64,000 bases of DNA from an uncultured Pelagibacteraceae bacterium. GTDB taxonomy: Bacteria; Pseudomonadota; Alphaproteobacteria; Pelagibacterales; AG-422-B15. This document shows, in pieces, positions 1 to 9,808 of the stretch. The notes under the pieces were generated by a model. It did not search any database, had not been told where the DNA came from, and saw nothing but the letters and a program-made list of their open reading frames with translations. The DNA lies in assembly GCA_902624455.1 (NCBI GenBank), contig CACNXQ010000003.1, positions 39,029 through 103,028 on the forward strand, written 5' to 3'. Numbering within the stretch: position 1 is the stretch's first letter; every line of letters begins with the position of its first letter. The position numbers and the translations under genes were made by a program.

Positions 1-411
1 AGGCATCCTATTTTCAAAACCCGTAAGTGACACCATCTTAAGAGTTTTATTTATCCGTTCTTCAATTTCATCTTTATCAATCTTTCTGACTTTTAAAGGA
101 AATGCTAAATTCTCATAAACTGATAAATGTGGAAACAGTGCGTAATTTTGAAAGACCATACCAATCCCTCTTTTGTGTGGAGGAATATTATTGATTGGGT
201 TGCCATCAAAATAAATTTCTCCATTAGTAGGAGTCTCAAACCCAGCCAGCATCATTAATGTTGTAGTTTTTCCTGAACCAGATGGACCCAGAAGTGTTAG
301 GAATTCGCCCTCAGCAATATCAAGATCAAGCCCCTTAACAACCAATTCTTTACCATCATAGCTTTTATCTACTTGTTCAAATTTTACAAAATCTGTCTTC
401 CTATTTGTCAT
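1..411 (-). CDS. ABC transporter ATP-binding protein, N-terminal part (gene continues past left edge); PotA/importer-type ATPase
   Basis: Truncated, so absent from ORF track. My minus-strand translation from ATG at 411: MTNRKTDFVKFEQVDKSYDGKELVVKGLDLDIAEGEFLTLLGPSGSGKTTTLMMLAGFETPTNGEIYFDG...GMVFQNYALFPHLSVYENLAFPLK. Walker A GPSGSGKT and Q-loop region present. Confidence 0.85.
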   Translation of the reverse strand, partial: MTNRKTDFVKFEQVDKSYDGKELVVKGLDLDIAEGEFLTLLGPSGSGKTTTLMMLAGFETPTNGEIYFDGNPINNIPPHKRGIGMVFQNYALFPHLSVYENLAFPLKVRKIDKDEIEERINKTLKMVSLTGFENRMP

Positions 412-467
412 GCAGCAACACTAAGATAAAAACAGTTGGGAATCTAGGCTTTTCTTGAATTAATTTC

Positions 468-1106
468 TTAATCATTATCTACAAGTCCTGCACCTGCAGC
501 ATTACTTTTTAATCTTTCGTTTTCTTCAACAAATGTATTCGTTGAAAGCTCGTGGAGCTCTTCCCAAACTTTATTTGAGAATGAGTCTTCATTTTCCAAT
601 ACTTCAATTGTTACAGCTTCTGCAGACTTTATTATTTTTCTTTTTAAATCCTGATTTATTGAAAGAGTATTGGTTAAATGAAGTTCAATCTGAACATCAT
701 CGAAATTTAAGCGAATATTTTTTCCAATATTATAGGATATACGTTGCATAAAAGGCAGAAAAATCAATGGATAAGCCAACCTACTGAATTTAATCTTTTT
801 TAAATTTAAAACTTTGTTCGAATTATCTAGTAAGTAGATCCCCAAAAAAATCGGACAACAAACTGATGAGTTGCTTGAACTCAAATTTGCGATGTTAAAT
901 TTACTTTCTAAATTGAGTGAGTCCTTTTCTTTTAAGTATTGATTGAAATTTTCAACTCCTGATAAATTGAACATCTCAAGTAAGTTAATATTTTTGCCAA
1001 TTTCTTCTGAAACTCCCCAGGAAAAACCTGATGCCTTTGCAGCCCTTTTGCTTACTGTAATAATTTCACTGGAAGTCCTCATTTCAAGAGTACATCCAGT
1101 TATCAT
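468..1106 (-). CDS. Hypothetical protein (about 200 aa; possibly DUF3726-like); alternative start at 1082 (MRTSSE...)
   Basis: 212-aa ORF co-oriented with neighbours; overlaps upstream gene by 23 nt (or 1-nt gap with the M9 start). Motif FSWGVSEEIG. No catalytic motif recognised. Confidence 0.5.
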   Translation of the reverse strand: MITGCTLEMRTSSEIITVSKRAAKASGFSWGVSEEIGKNINLLEMFNLSGVENFNQYLKEKDSLNLESKFNIANLSSSNSSVCCPIFLGIYLLDNSNKVLNLKKIKFSRLAYPLIFLPFMQRISYNIGKNIRLNFDDVQIELHLTNTLSINQDLKRKIIKSAEAVTIEVLENEDSFSNKVWEELHELSTNTFVEENERLKSNAAGAGLVDND

Positions 1107-2742
1107 GTGAGTTATGAATTTCTTCCATTAGAGGAGCACCCTGGTACATGCAAATTCTAAGCCACTTGTCTGATCTTGGATCAAATTTCTGGGCTCCAAA
1201 ATAAGACAGTTTTAGTCGCAACATGTCAATGGGAACTAAGTTTGATCCGATGGAGTTATCTTGAATTTCAGAATAAGGAAGCTTCTCGATGATAAAGCAT
1301 CTTCTTACTATGTGTCTCAAATCATTATTATTAGATAGAAATTCAGCAACAGTTTGTTGCGCCTCTAAATTATCCAACCTTACATGTAAATCTTTTATAT
1401 CTCTTGCAATAGCTAGTGGTTGCTCAAGGTCAGAACCTTCCTCTTCAAAACGATTGGCAATACGAGGCTCTTCTTTATTCTTTGAAATGAACCAAAAATT
1501 TTCATTTTCTAAATCTTTTGAAAAATCTATTTCAATTATATTGCTGTAAGAATTTTCAATAATTTCTTTTAAATCAGTAGTAAGTCTTTCGCCAGGAATT
1601 TCAAAGTAGCTTTCTTCATTAGAACTCATTTGCCTAACTAATGGATTAATGATTTCATCATAAGGCTCCATCATTAGAGAAACGACTAACTCTATGCCTT
1701 CATCGCTTAAGTTGCTCTCTACCCAATTATAAAGTTTGTTCCATATAAACTCATCTTCTAAATTGATATTTGCAAGGTAATTGTCCTTTAAGTTTGTTAT
1801 GTCCGATTTCAATTTCGCTATTTTTTGTAATTGATATTCACTTTCTGTGTTCCAATCTTTCAAATTAATTTCTGATTGATTTAGACATTTGATAAACAAT
1901 TGTAATTGTTCTTTGTTAACACTTTCTATTTCTCTAATTTGTTTTAACGCCTCTTCCTTTGCAAAGATCCATTGATGAAGAAGTGAGGGGTGATTAATAA
2001 TAAATGGTGCCATTCCCAGACCTGTTGAGTTACCAATTCCAAGACTTCTTGCAATTTCTTTATCTAACTTAACTGCGCTTTCTGGATTTTTTTCTTTCGC
2101 AACATGATTAACCTGATCAAAGGTAAATTGCCTAACAAGATAAACCAACATCATTTCCAGTCTAAACGGTCCATTGATTTCACTTCTATTTTTGATCCGG
2201 TAGCGATCAGCCAACCCAAATTTACCTGACCCATAGACTGCAGTCGTTCGGTATAAATAACCCACTTCTTTTATAAGTTTTAGATCAGGTTGCTTTCCCT
2301 GAGATAAGCTATCAATTACATGATTAAATAAACGAACAGATCTATTTGCACGAGATAATGTTAGTTCTTTATAAGAACATCTACCCACTTCTTGTTTGGG
2401 TACGTTATTACGAAGTCTTTCAATATCATCTTTTGTAGGCTTACCATCATGAAGAACAAATGCTGCATCCCACTTAGTTGCTATTACACGATCTGATCTT
2501 TCAGAGTCATCGAGTTCATTTGCAAAACACACTAGAGAATATGTCCGATTGTGTTTACTTACACTATAAACGATTGTTCCATAGCCATTAGAATCAAGAT
2601 CACAAATCTCTCTTTTAAAATGCCAATCATTAAACTCTCTAATAAAACTTCTTAAAAAAGATAGTTTCGATTGATGAAATGACCCAAGCTTTGATAATTT
2701 CATGATCTCTTTAGGATCTCTATGCGAAATATTTTGACTCAT
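1084..2742 (-). CDS. Conserved hypothetical protein, 552 aa, function unknown
   Basis: Long uninterrupted ORF. Its start codon shares 1 nt with the stop of the upstream dipeptidase gene (TAATG). I recognise no family. Confidence 0.6.
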   Translation of the reverse strand: MSQNISHRDPKEIMKLSKLGSFHQSKLSFLRSFIREFNDWHFKREICDLDSNGYGTIVYSVSKHNRTYSLVCFANELDDSERSDRVIATKWDAAFVLHDGKPTKDDIERLRNNVPKQEVGRCSYKELTLSRANRSVRLFNHVIDSLSQGKQPDLKLIKEVGYLYRTTAVYGSGKFGLADRYRIKNRSEINGPFRLEMMLVYLVRQFTFDQVNHVAKEKNPESAVKLDKEIARSLGIGNSTGLGMAPFIINHPSLLHQWIFAKEEALKQIREIESVNKEQLQLFIKCLNQSEINLKDWNTESEYQLQKIAKLKSDITNLKDNYLANINLEDEFIWNKLYNWVESNLSDEGIELVVSLMMEPYDEIINPLVRQMSSNEESYFEIPGERLTTDLKEIIENSYSNIIEIDFSKDLENENFWFISKNKEEPRIANRFEEEGSDLEQPLAIARDIKDLHVRLDNLEAQQTVAEFLSNNNDLRHIVRRCFIIEKLPYSEIQDNSIGSNLVPIDMLRLKLSYFGAQKFDPRSDKWLRICMYQGAPLMEEIHNSHDNWMYS

Positions 2743-3722
2743 TATGTGATGTATTTTTTATAAAAATTATACCAGTTGTTCCCAAGGATCCCATTTATTT
2801 CAGTCTCATTAAAACCAATCTTTTTAAGACCATTTTCAATATTACTAAAACCACGAGCATCCTCAAACCAGTCCGGTTGTTTAGGAAATGCAGCATTGTC
2901 TTTTGTTCCTTCCCCATAATCTTTGGATTTTGTCCAAGTTCCGTTTCTCATCCAATCAACAACACTATCTGGCTGACCTAAACACAAATCGGATCCTATC
3001 CCAATCTGATTAACATTTATCAGTTCAGCAGTCTGAGCAACCATTTTGCAAAAACTTTCAATAGTACAATTCGTTCCATCTTTTAAATGATGAGGATACA
3101 TTGACAGTCCAATCATTCCTCCTGAATTATTTAATGCTTTTAAAACTTGATCTGATTTGTTTCTTCTGGACTCATGCCATGAGAAGGGATTAGCATGTGT
3201 AATGGCTATTGGATATTCAGAAATATCTATAGCATCAAGAGTAGACTGCTCTGCAGAATGAGACATATCAACGACGATACCAACTCGATTCATTTCTTTT
3301 ATAACTTCCCTGCCCATTCGGGTAACACCGCTGTCAACATTTTCATAACATCCTGTTGCAAGTAACGATTGGTTATTATAGGTAAGCTGCATAAACACAG
3401 CACCTATATCTCTTACCGACTGAACTAAATGAATATCATCTTCAATAGGCGAGCAATTTTGAAATCCAAAAAATATAGCTGTTTTATTTTCTTTATGAGC
3501 CTTCTTTATGTCTTTGTAAGAGTTTCCATGACTAATTAAATTACTGAAGCTATTGAAATACTCTTTCCATGTCTCAACATTTTTTTGAACCTCATCATAA
3601 TCTTCGTGATAAGCAATAGTAACATGCACTGCATCTAACTTAGCTTCATTATTAATTTTAAATATCTCTTCATTCCAATTACAATATTGGAGGTTATCGA
3701 TTCTATAGTTTACTTCTTCCAT
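2742..3722 (-). CDS. Membrane (renal-type) dipeptidase, peptidase family M19
   Basis: 326 aa with M19-like segments HVTIAYHEDYD, VVDMSHSAEQSTLDAI, ITHANP, IGIGSDL. Confidence 0.85.
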   Translation of the reverse strand: MEEVNYRIDNLQYCNWNEEIFKINNEAKLDAVHVTIAYHEDYDEVQKNVETWKEYFNSFSNLISHGNSYKDIKKAHKENKTAIFFGFQNCSPIEDDIHLVQSVRDIGAVFMQLTYNNQSLLATGCYENVDSGVTRMGREVIKEMNRVGIVVDMSHSAEQSTLDAIDISEYPIAITHANPFSWHESRRNKSDQVLKALNNSGGMIGLSMYPHHLKDGTNCTIESFCKMVAQTAELINVNQIGIGSDLCLGQPDSVVDWMRNGTWTKSKDYGEGTKDNAAFPKQPDWFEDARGFSNIENGLKKIGFNETEINGILGNNWYNFYKKYIT

Positions 3723-3916
3723 TGTGGAAATTGTTTACCACGGTACCTCAAAATATTCTATGAGCTTGTAAAAGTTTTAAGTTCGGAAATAACTGAGATT
3801 AACCAACAAAAATTGAGGTCAGATGCGACAATTTAAACCCTTATGAGAGCTCTTAATTGCTTCATTATTACGAGAAATAATTGTATTTTGAGCACAGATA
3901 CTAACAGATTACATAA

Positions 3917-4516
3917 ATGTACACACCTATCAACCAATACATCGAAAGATTAGAAAATATTTCTTTTGATGTAACTGAACTTAACGAAGCGGTTAGCCGT
4001 CTAACTGAAATTAGACCATTTGAAGACGTAAGTCACAAGCCGGGTATGCTTAAATCAAACGCTATTTGTCTTAATTATGATGAAAAAGAACTTGATGAAT
4101 GGTTTGGAGGAAACGTAAGAGGTAAGTATTGGACTAAACCAGACTCCTCTTTTGAAGAAATGGAGAGAGAACCTTACATCGATGAAAGTCGATATACACT
4201 TTTTAACCCAAAATTAAACAACACATACTTTAAATATGTGTATGAAAAACTTAATGAATATTTTGATATCGGTAGATGCAGAGTTATCAAAATGCCACCA
4301 AGAACTACACTTAGCTGGCATCGTGATCCTGAGCGACGATTACACATAGCAATCAAAACAAATTTTGGCGCTAGAATGTTTATAGAACACACTGGTTATC
4401 ATATTCCTGCGGATGGAAATATCTACTTAACTGATAACACTAAGTATCATACAGCAATCAATGGTGGTGAAGAGGACCGCATTCATCTTGTTGCTACTGT
4501 TCTAAACACTAAATAG
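3917..4516 (+). CDS. Aspartyl/asparaginyl beta-hydroxylase-like (cupin / 2OG-Fe(II) oxygenase fold) protein
   Basis: 199 aa. IKMPPRTTLSWHRDPERRLHIAIKTN...YHTAINGGEEDRIHLV matches the HxD...H / R.HL pattern of the Asp/Asn beta-hydroxylase family. Confidence 0.55.
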   Translation: MYTPINQYIERLENISFDVTELNEAVSRLTEIRPFEDVSHKPGMLKSNAICLNYDEKELDEWFGGNVRGKYWTKPDSSFEEMEREPYIDESRYTLFNPKLNNTYFKYVYEKLNEYFDIGRCRVIKMPPRTTLSWHRDPERRLHIAIKTNFGARMFIEHTGYHIPADGNIYLTDNTKYHTAINGGEEDRIHLVATVLNTK

Positions 4517-4517
4517 T

Positions 4518-5837
4518 TTAACAATCAATCACATTCTGTCTTGCCCAGTCGGCTCTACTGGCATAGTTGGATTTTTGATATTCTGAAATCTCTCTCTTTT
4601 TAAGTTTCTCGTATGAGTTTATAATTTTCTCACCAAAAACTTTTTTTGGCAGCTTTCCATCTGTTAGCAATCGTAAAGAGGACTCAAGACTGTTTGGCAA
4701 TTTTTTAATATCCTCTAAATTTTTACCTTCAGTATACATGTTGACATCAATCCTTTTGCCAGGCCAAATATTTTTTTCCATACCATTAATTCCCATTGCC
4801 GCAAGAGAAGCCTGCAGAAGGTATGGATTTACAGCTCCATCTGCAACTCTAAATTCGAAACGTCCTTTATCAGGTATTCTAATCATGTGAGTTCTATTAT
4901 TACCTGAGTAGGTAATTGCTGTAGGAGAGTAGGTTGATCCTGAGTCAGTCATTCTGGCATTAAGTCTCTCAAAACTATTTACTGTTGGGGTAAGCCATGC
5001 TGAGAATTCATCAACTGACTTCATGATACCACCAATGAAGTTATAACCTTGACGTGAGAGTCCTAACTCATCTTTATGATTTAAAAATATATTTCTCTTC
5101 TTGTTTTTTGTCCAAACAGAGACATGTGCATGGCAGCCATTCCCTGTAAGGTTTTCAAAAGGTTTGGGCATAAATGTTGCTCTCAGACCATGATTTTCTG
5201 CAATGGATTTTACCATGAATTTAAAAAAAACATGCCGATCAGCTGTTGTTAAACAATCTGAATAATCCCAATTCATTTCGAACTGTCCATTTGCATCCTC
5301 ATGGTCACTTTGATAGGGAGCCCATCCGAGATGTATCATTGCTTCACTTATTTCTTTTAAAACATCGTAGCGTCTCATAAGAGCTGATACATCATAACAA
5401 GGTTTAGATGCTGTATCTCTTGAGTCATAGATCTCTTTTCCATCTTCAGTAATAAGAAAGAATTCACACTCAACACCTGTGTACATATAATAACCTGACT
5501 CTTTTAATTTACTGATTTGTTGCTTTAACATGACCCTTGGACATTGATCCATCGGTTTATCGTTAATCACAAGATCAGCTGCAAGCCATCCAACTTCTTG
5601 CTGCCAAGGTAATTGAGTCAAACTGTCTGGGTCAGGCACAGCAAACATATCAGGGGCGTCATAGTCAAGATCGAGATAGGTTGCAAAACCTCCAAAACCT
5701 GCTCCAGTTTTTTGCATTTCAGAAATTGCTCGCGCGGGAACTAATTTAGCTCTTTGAATACCAAATAAATCAACAAAACTGACCAAAAAGTATTTGATCT
5801 TTTTTTGACGTGCAATCTTTGAGAGGTCTTTTTTCAT
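4518..5837 (-). CDS. Glutamine synthetase family protein (GlnA/PuuA/GmaS-like gamma-glutamyl ligase)
   Basis: GS beta-grasp and catalytic segments (KYFLVSFVDLFGIQRAKLVP, GVECEFFL, HEDANGQFE, NGCHAHVS, NRTHMIRIP). I moved the start to the internal ATG at 5837 (MKKDLSKIARQKKIKYFLV); the 31 upstream codons of the track ORF look like hydrophobic read-through. Confidence 0.85.
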   Translation of the reverse strand: MKKDLSKIARQKKIKYFLVSFVDLFGIQRAKLVPARAISEMQKTGAGFGGFATYLDLDYDAPDMFAVPDPDSLTQLPWQQEVGWLAADLVINDKPMDQCPRVMLKQQISKLKESGYYMYTGVECEFFLITEDGKEIYDSRDTASKPCYDVSALMRRYDVLKEISEAMIHLGWAPYQSDHEDANGQFEMNWDYSDCLTTADRHVFFKFMVKSIAENHGLRATFMPKPFENLTGNGCHAHVSVWTKNKKRNIFLNHKDELGLSRQGYNFIGGIMKSVDEFSAWLTPTVNSFERLNARMTDSGSTYSPTAITYSGNNRTHMIRIPDKGRFEFRVADGAVNPYLLQASLAAMGINGMEKNIWPGKRIDVNMYTEGKNLEDIKKLPNSLESSLRLLTDGKLPKKVFGEKIINSYEKLKKREISEYQKSNYASRADWARQNVIDC

Positions 5838-5921
5838 ATAAATAATTATCAGAATTAAATATTGAATCAGACTCAAACTCAATAGTTTTGCAAAAAACCC
5901 ATTTTGGGTACATAATAAGTT

Positions 5922-6986
5922 ATGGATCAAGGGCTTTTAAAGACTAGAAATGTCTTCATCGATAAAATTTTAGAATTAGAGGACAGTTCAATTGCAATTT
6001 TGCTGTTAATACATTTTTCAAGACACCAAAATTTATTTCTACACAACCAAAAAGACTGGGAAGACAGTCCAACCGATTGGTTGACTGAAGATAAAAGAAT
6101 TCAAGATGAAATTATTGGCATACTCTCATTTGTGATTCTTTACTCTCTTACAAATGCTCATACAGATAATACAATATTTCCTGAGTCAAGAGATTTGATA
6201 GCTAGCATGGGATTAGAAGATTTTCTAAATCAAAAAGAATATTTTTCATCTTTTGATAGTTTTATAGGAAAAAAAATTTCTATAAAGTCCATCTCAGATT
6301 TTTTTAGCATACCAAAAGAAAATACTAGAAGGTATATGAAGCTTATTCTTGAAGCAGGCTTTATTAGTAAGGATAAAAAATATGGATATATGTTAAACAT
6401 TGAAGCCTATAAACAATATATATTCACGGACTCTTTGAATAATATCTGCAAATCACTAATGAGGACATTAGCCGATTTTATATCTAATATCGAAGATGAA
6501 TATCAAGTTGAGTTCAATATAAAACCACTCAAGAATTTTAATTTAAAAAAAGCAAATTTAAAAACATGGTGCCGTGTAAGATTACATTTATACCATTTCT
6601 GGGTTAGAGTTCTAACTCTCGAAGGCAATGATAAAAATTTGAGTCCTAATGATCGGGCGGTTTTATCAGCATCTGTATATTTTAAAAATAGACAAGGGAT
6701 ATTACAATTTAAAAATATTACTGAACTATATGAAAATAACTATTTGCTGCCCACTAATATTTCATCAATTTCAGAGGCTGCTCAAATGCCAAGAGAAACA
6801 GTTAGAAGATCAGTGATGAAACTTATTAAATTAGAACATCTTGAAAAAAAAGGGCGCGATATTTATCGATATAATTATCCAAAAAAAGATGGAGAAATAG
6901 ATAACTTTCTTAAAGTAAAGCAAATATCAGTAAGAGATATGATGAATTTTTATTTTAATATTTATAACGATCTATCAAAAATTTAA
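5922..6986 (+). CDS. Putative transcriptional regulator with two winged-helix HTH-like segments
   Basis: 354 aa. Two HTH-like stretches: ISDFFSIPKENTRRYMKLILEAGFISKDKKYGY and ISEAAQMPRETVRRSVMKLIKLEHLEKKGRDIY. 3' end overlaps the convergent OMF gene by 4 nt. Confidence 0.45.
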   Translation: MDQGLLKTRNVFIDKILELEDSSIAILLLIHFSRHQNLFLHNQKDWEDSPTDWLTEDKRIQDEIIGILSFVILYSLTNAHTDNTIFPESRDLIASMGLEDFLNQKEYFSSFDSFIGKKISIKSISDFFSIPKENTRRYMKLILEAGFISKDKKYGYMLNIEAYKQYIFTDSLNNICKSLMRTLADFISNIEDEYQVEFNIKPLKNFNLKKANLKTWCRVRLHLYHFWVRVLTLEGNDKNLSPNDRAVLSASVYFKNRQGILQFKNITELYENNYLLPTNISSISEAAQMPRETVRRSVMKLIKLEHLEKKGRDIYRYNYPKKDGEIDNFLKVKQISVRDMMNFYFNIYNDLSKI

Positions 6987-9808
6987 ATTGAGCACATCAT
7001 AATGACTTCTTCATTACAGATTAACTCAGCCTCAACAATTGAGGTATTATCGGAGCTCAATTGAGTATCTAATGACTCAAGCATAGACACGGCGTCATTT
7101 TTTGGAACTGGACCAACAATCACTGAGTAATCGTTCTTAGCGATTTGGTCTACGTTAATGTCATATTTAAGAAATCTGCTATCAAAACCCATGACGTCAT
7201 ATAAATAATTCATAAAACTGAAGGCAGAGTTACCTCTCTTATAGGAGCCAATTTTTATATAAACATGTTCGGCATCAGTGTTTTCAATTAGTTGTCCAGT
7301 ATTCGTTTTTGATTCACTTGCCTGTGCCGAATAGCTACTTGAGATTGAAACATCATTAGGATCGATAATCTCATTTAAATCTTCAATAGCATTATTAGCT
7401 TCTAATAATAATTCCTCTTCTTTTTTAGAGGCAATCATTTGATCTAATTCATTTTTTGCATCATGTGCCTCAGCAACAATCTTTTCTAGTTCCTTCTTTG
7501 CTTCATTTGCCTCGGCAACAAATTTACTTACTTCAACATTATCAGATGGCAATTTTTCTGGAAGAATATTTATTAATTCTTCATTTGTTACAGAGTTAGA
7601 TACTACTTCCTCTTCTATGCTGCTCACAACAGATTGTTCAACGACTTCTTCTTCAACTAATTCATTTGTGATTTCAGTTTCAGCATTATTATTAACAATG
7701 TCTGAACTATTTAAAATATTCTCAGCCTCATTCATTGTTTGTTCAACTGAGTCAAGTAAGTTGCTTAAAAGATCAGTTGAATTGATGGCAATATCACTTG
7801 TTAGTGGGGCTTGGCTTGATGGCGCTTCAGAAGTTTCTACAAGTTCTTGTGACTCGTTATTGCCATCTTCAATGACTGCAACTTCCTCCTCAGTTATATT
7901 AAATTCTTCTTCAATGGTTTCATCTATATTTTGGGCTTGTTGGTATAATTCAATAAGCTCTCTTCTTGCTTTCTCACTCTCATCTGCAAGAAATTTTTCT
8001 TCATCAACAAAATTGAGAGTAAAATCATCATTGGTAGAAACGAGGGCATTAGATACAGAAATATTTAGTTTAATACCAGTTACATCTTCAGGAGGATTAC
8101 CTACAATAGATAAATCTGATGTTAGGAATGCTAACCATCTTGGAAGTTCTGTTCCATCTTGTTGAGTAACTTCATATCTTAATTTGCCTGGGCCAGTGAT
8201 ATTAAACGTTTCTTCAGAAATTTTGAATTTATTACTAGTTTGTTGAGTATTGATAGGATCACTAATGATAAGCAGTTTTGGATCTTGTTGATCTAATGGC
8301 AAGTTCACAACAGCTTGATAGTTTTCTCCCCATTCCATCAAACTCATTTCAATATTTTTGCTCAGATCATCCACTGACAAGTTTTCATGATCTGGTGGAA
8401 GAATATCTTTACCTACAGATGCATATATTTGACCAATACTATGCTGCATGTCAGAGAAGGCCAGGTCACGTCTTAGCTCGGCGACTAACAAACTTGCTTC
8501 TTCCCTTATGACTTCTAATTCACCAAATCTTGAGACTTTTTGGGCATTTTGAACCTGTTTACTAATTCTCTGTGCTACATCGAGATATCTTTGGGCAGTA
8601 TCATATTCTTCTATTGCAAGATCATAATTCATATTGGAGAGATGAACTTGTGATAACACTGTCATAGCTATTGCAAGATGTCTCTCGGCAATCAACTCTT
8701 TACTAGCTTTTGAGGATTTAGATACAGCACCGATAGAAAAGATATCAAAAAGATTGCCACCTATTGATGCTCCATATTCTGTGGTATCTTGATTTAATAG
8801 TAAATGGTTATCGCTGTAACCATAAGTTGCATTAAACTTGATTCCTGGAATTAAACCAATAATTGCAGCTCTTGCATCCTTGCTTGTAATCCTCTTTTGG
8901 TACCTACTTTCCATTAATTCTGGTCTCGAAACTAGAGCAATGTTTTCCATAGACTCAATATCCATATCAATATTAGTCAGATAGCTATTTTGATCTGATA
9001 AAGTGAATTTTTGATTTGGCAATAATCCCATAAGCGTAGCTAGTTCATTCTTAGAATTGATTAGTGCTCTTTGCTGAGTTTGAAGCGTTCTTTGAACATC
9101 CAATAATTCTTTTTGATATAACAGGGAGTCCATTGGAGATGATAAAAGAAGTTCTTCAATATACTGAGAGTCGGCCAGAGCTGCATCAACTCTTTCAAGG
9201 AGTGGATTCAATTTATTTAGTAAATTTTCTGAAGCCTTGGCTTTCCAATAAGATCGAATAATATCACGGGTTATGTTTTGTATAGCCTTACGTTCCAACT
9301 CTTTTGCAATGAGAAATCGGTCTGCTTGTTGGCCAGCTCGGATGTAGGATAATCCGAAATCTAGAGCATTCCACGTAAATTCAATATTTCTAGTTTCCAA
9401 TCTTTTATCACGAGAAATTGTATAAGACTCGGTTCCATCAAGTCGTTCAGCATCACCCATATCGTTTTCAACACTCAAACTAGTAGAAGGTTGTAGCTCA
9501 GTAAATTCAGAGTAACCTGCATTTAATGCAATATCAGGCAACATATCAAACCGCTGAAGTTCGTTTTGACGTTGCGCCAAAGCTGACTCCATAACGCTGA
9601 TACGAAGGTCACGATTGTTTTTTATTGCGATAGCAATTGCAGTGTGTAAATTGATATTTTTTAGAGACTCGTTTACACTTAATGCTTCACGATCTGCCGC
9701 AATTGACGAATTGATTTCATCTACATCAAGCACGACTGGCGTTCTTGTACAACCCAACAAAATTAAAAATAGACAAAGAGAGAATATCTTTGTTACTTTA
9801 TCTAACAT
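6983..9808 (-). CDS. TolC-family outer-membrane factor lipoprotein with long C-terminal extension (cadherin-like module, acidic coiled-coil, SPOR-like domain)
   Basis: 941 aa. Lipobox LFLILLGC near the N-terminus. First ~480 aa have the two-repeat OEP/TolC heptad pattern (AIAIAIKNNRDLR..., ALVSRPELMESRYQ...). Then ELPRWLAFLTSDLSIVGNPPEDVTG, an E/D-rich low-complexity and coiled-coil stretch, and a terminal YIKIGSYKRGNSAFSFMNYL...YSVIVGPVPKNDAVSMLESL (SPOR-like). Confidence 0.8.
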   Translation of the reverse strand: MLDKVTKIFSLCLFLILLGCTRTPVVLDVDEINSSIAADREALSVNESLKNINLHTAIAIAIKNNRDLRISVMESALAQRQNELQRFDMLPDIALNAGYSEFTELQPSTSLSVENDMGDAERLDGTESYTISRDKRLETRNIEFTWNALDFGLSYIRAGQQADRFLIAKELERKAIQNITRDIIRSYWKAKASENLLNKLNPLLERVDAALADSQYIEELLLSSPMDSLLYQKELLDVQRTLQTQQRALINSKNELATLMGLLPNQKFTLSDQNSYLTNIDMDIESMENIALVSRPELMESRYQKRITSKDARAAIIGLIPGIKFNATYGYSDNHLLLNQDTTEYGASIGGNLFDIFSIGAVSKSSKASKELIAERHLAIAMTVLSQVHLSNMNYDLAIEEYDTAQRYLDVAQRISKQVQNAQKVSRFGELEVIREEASLLVAELRRDLAFSDMQHSIGQIYASVGKDILPPDHENLSVDDLSKNIEMSLMEWGENYQAVVNLPLDQQDPKLLIISDPINTQQTSNKFKISEETFNITGPGKLRYEVTQQDGTELPRWLAFLTSDLSIVGNPPEDVTGIKLNISVSNALVSTNDDFTLNFVDEEKFLADESEKARRELIELYQQAQNIDETIEEEFNITEEEVAVIEDGNNESQELVETSEAPSSQAPLTSDIAINSTDLLSNLLDSVEQTMNEAENILNSSDIVNNNAETEITNELVEEEVVEQSVVSSIEEEVVSNSVTNEELINILPEKLPSDNVEVSKFVAEANEAKKELEKIVAEAHDAKNELDQMIASKKEEELLLEANNAIEDLNEIIDPNDVSISSSYSAQASESKTNTGQLIENTDAEHVYIKIGSYKRGNSAFSFMNYLYDVMGFDSRFLKYDINVDQIAKNDYSVIVGPVPKNDAVSMLESLDTQLSSDNTSIVEAELICNEEVIMMCSI

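Noticed and set aside
5838-5930. 31-codon N-terminal extension of the glutamine-synthetase-family ORF
   Set aside because: The extension is hydrophobic junk-like sequence overlapping the divergent gene start. The conserved GS N-terminus begins right after the internal ATG at 5837.
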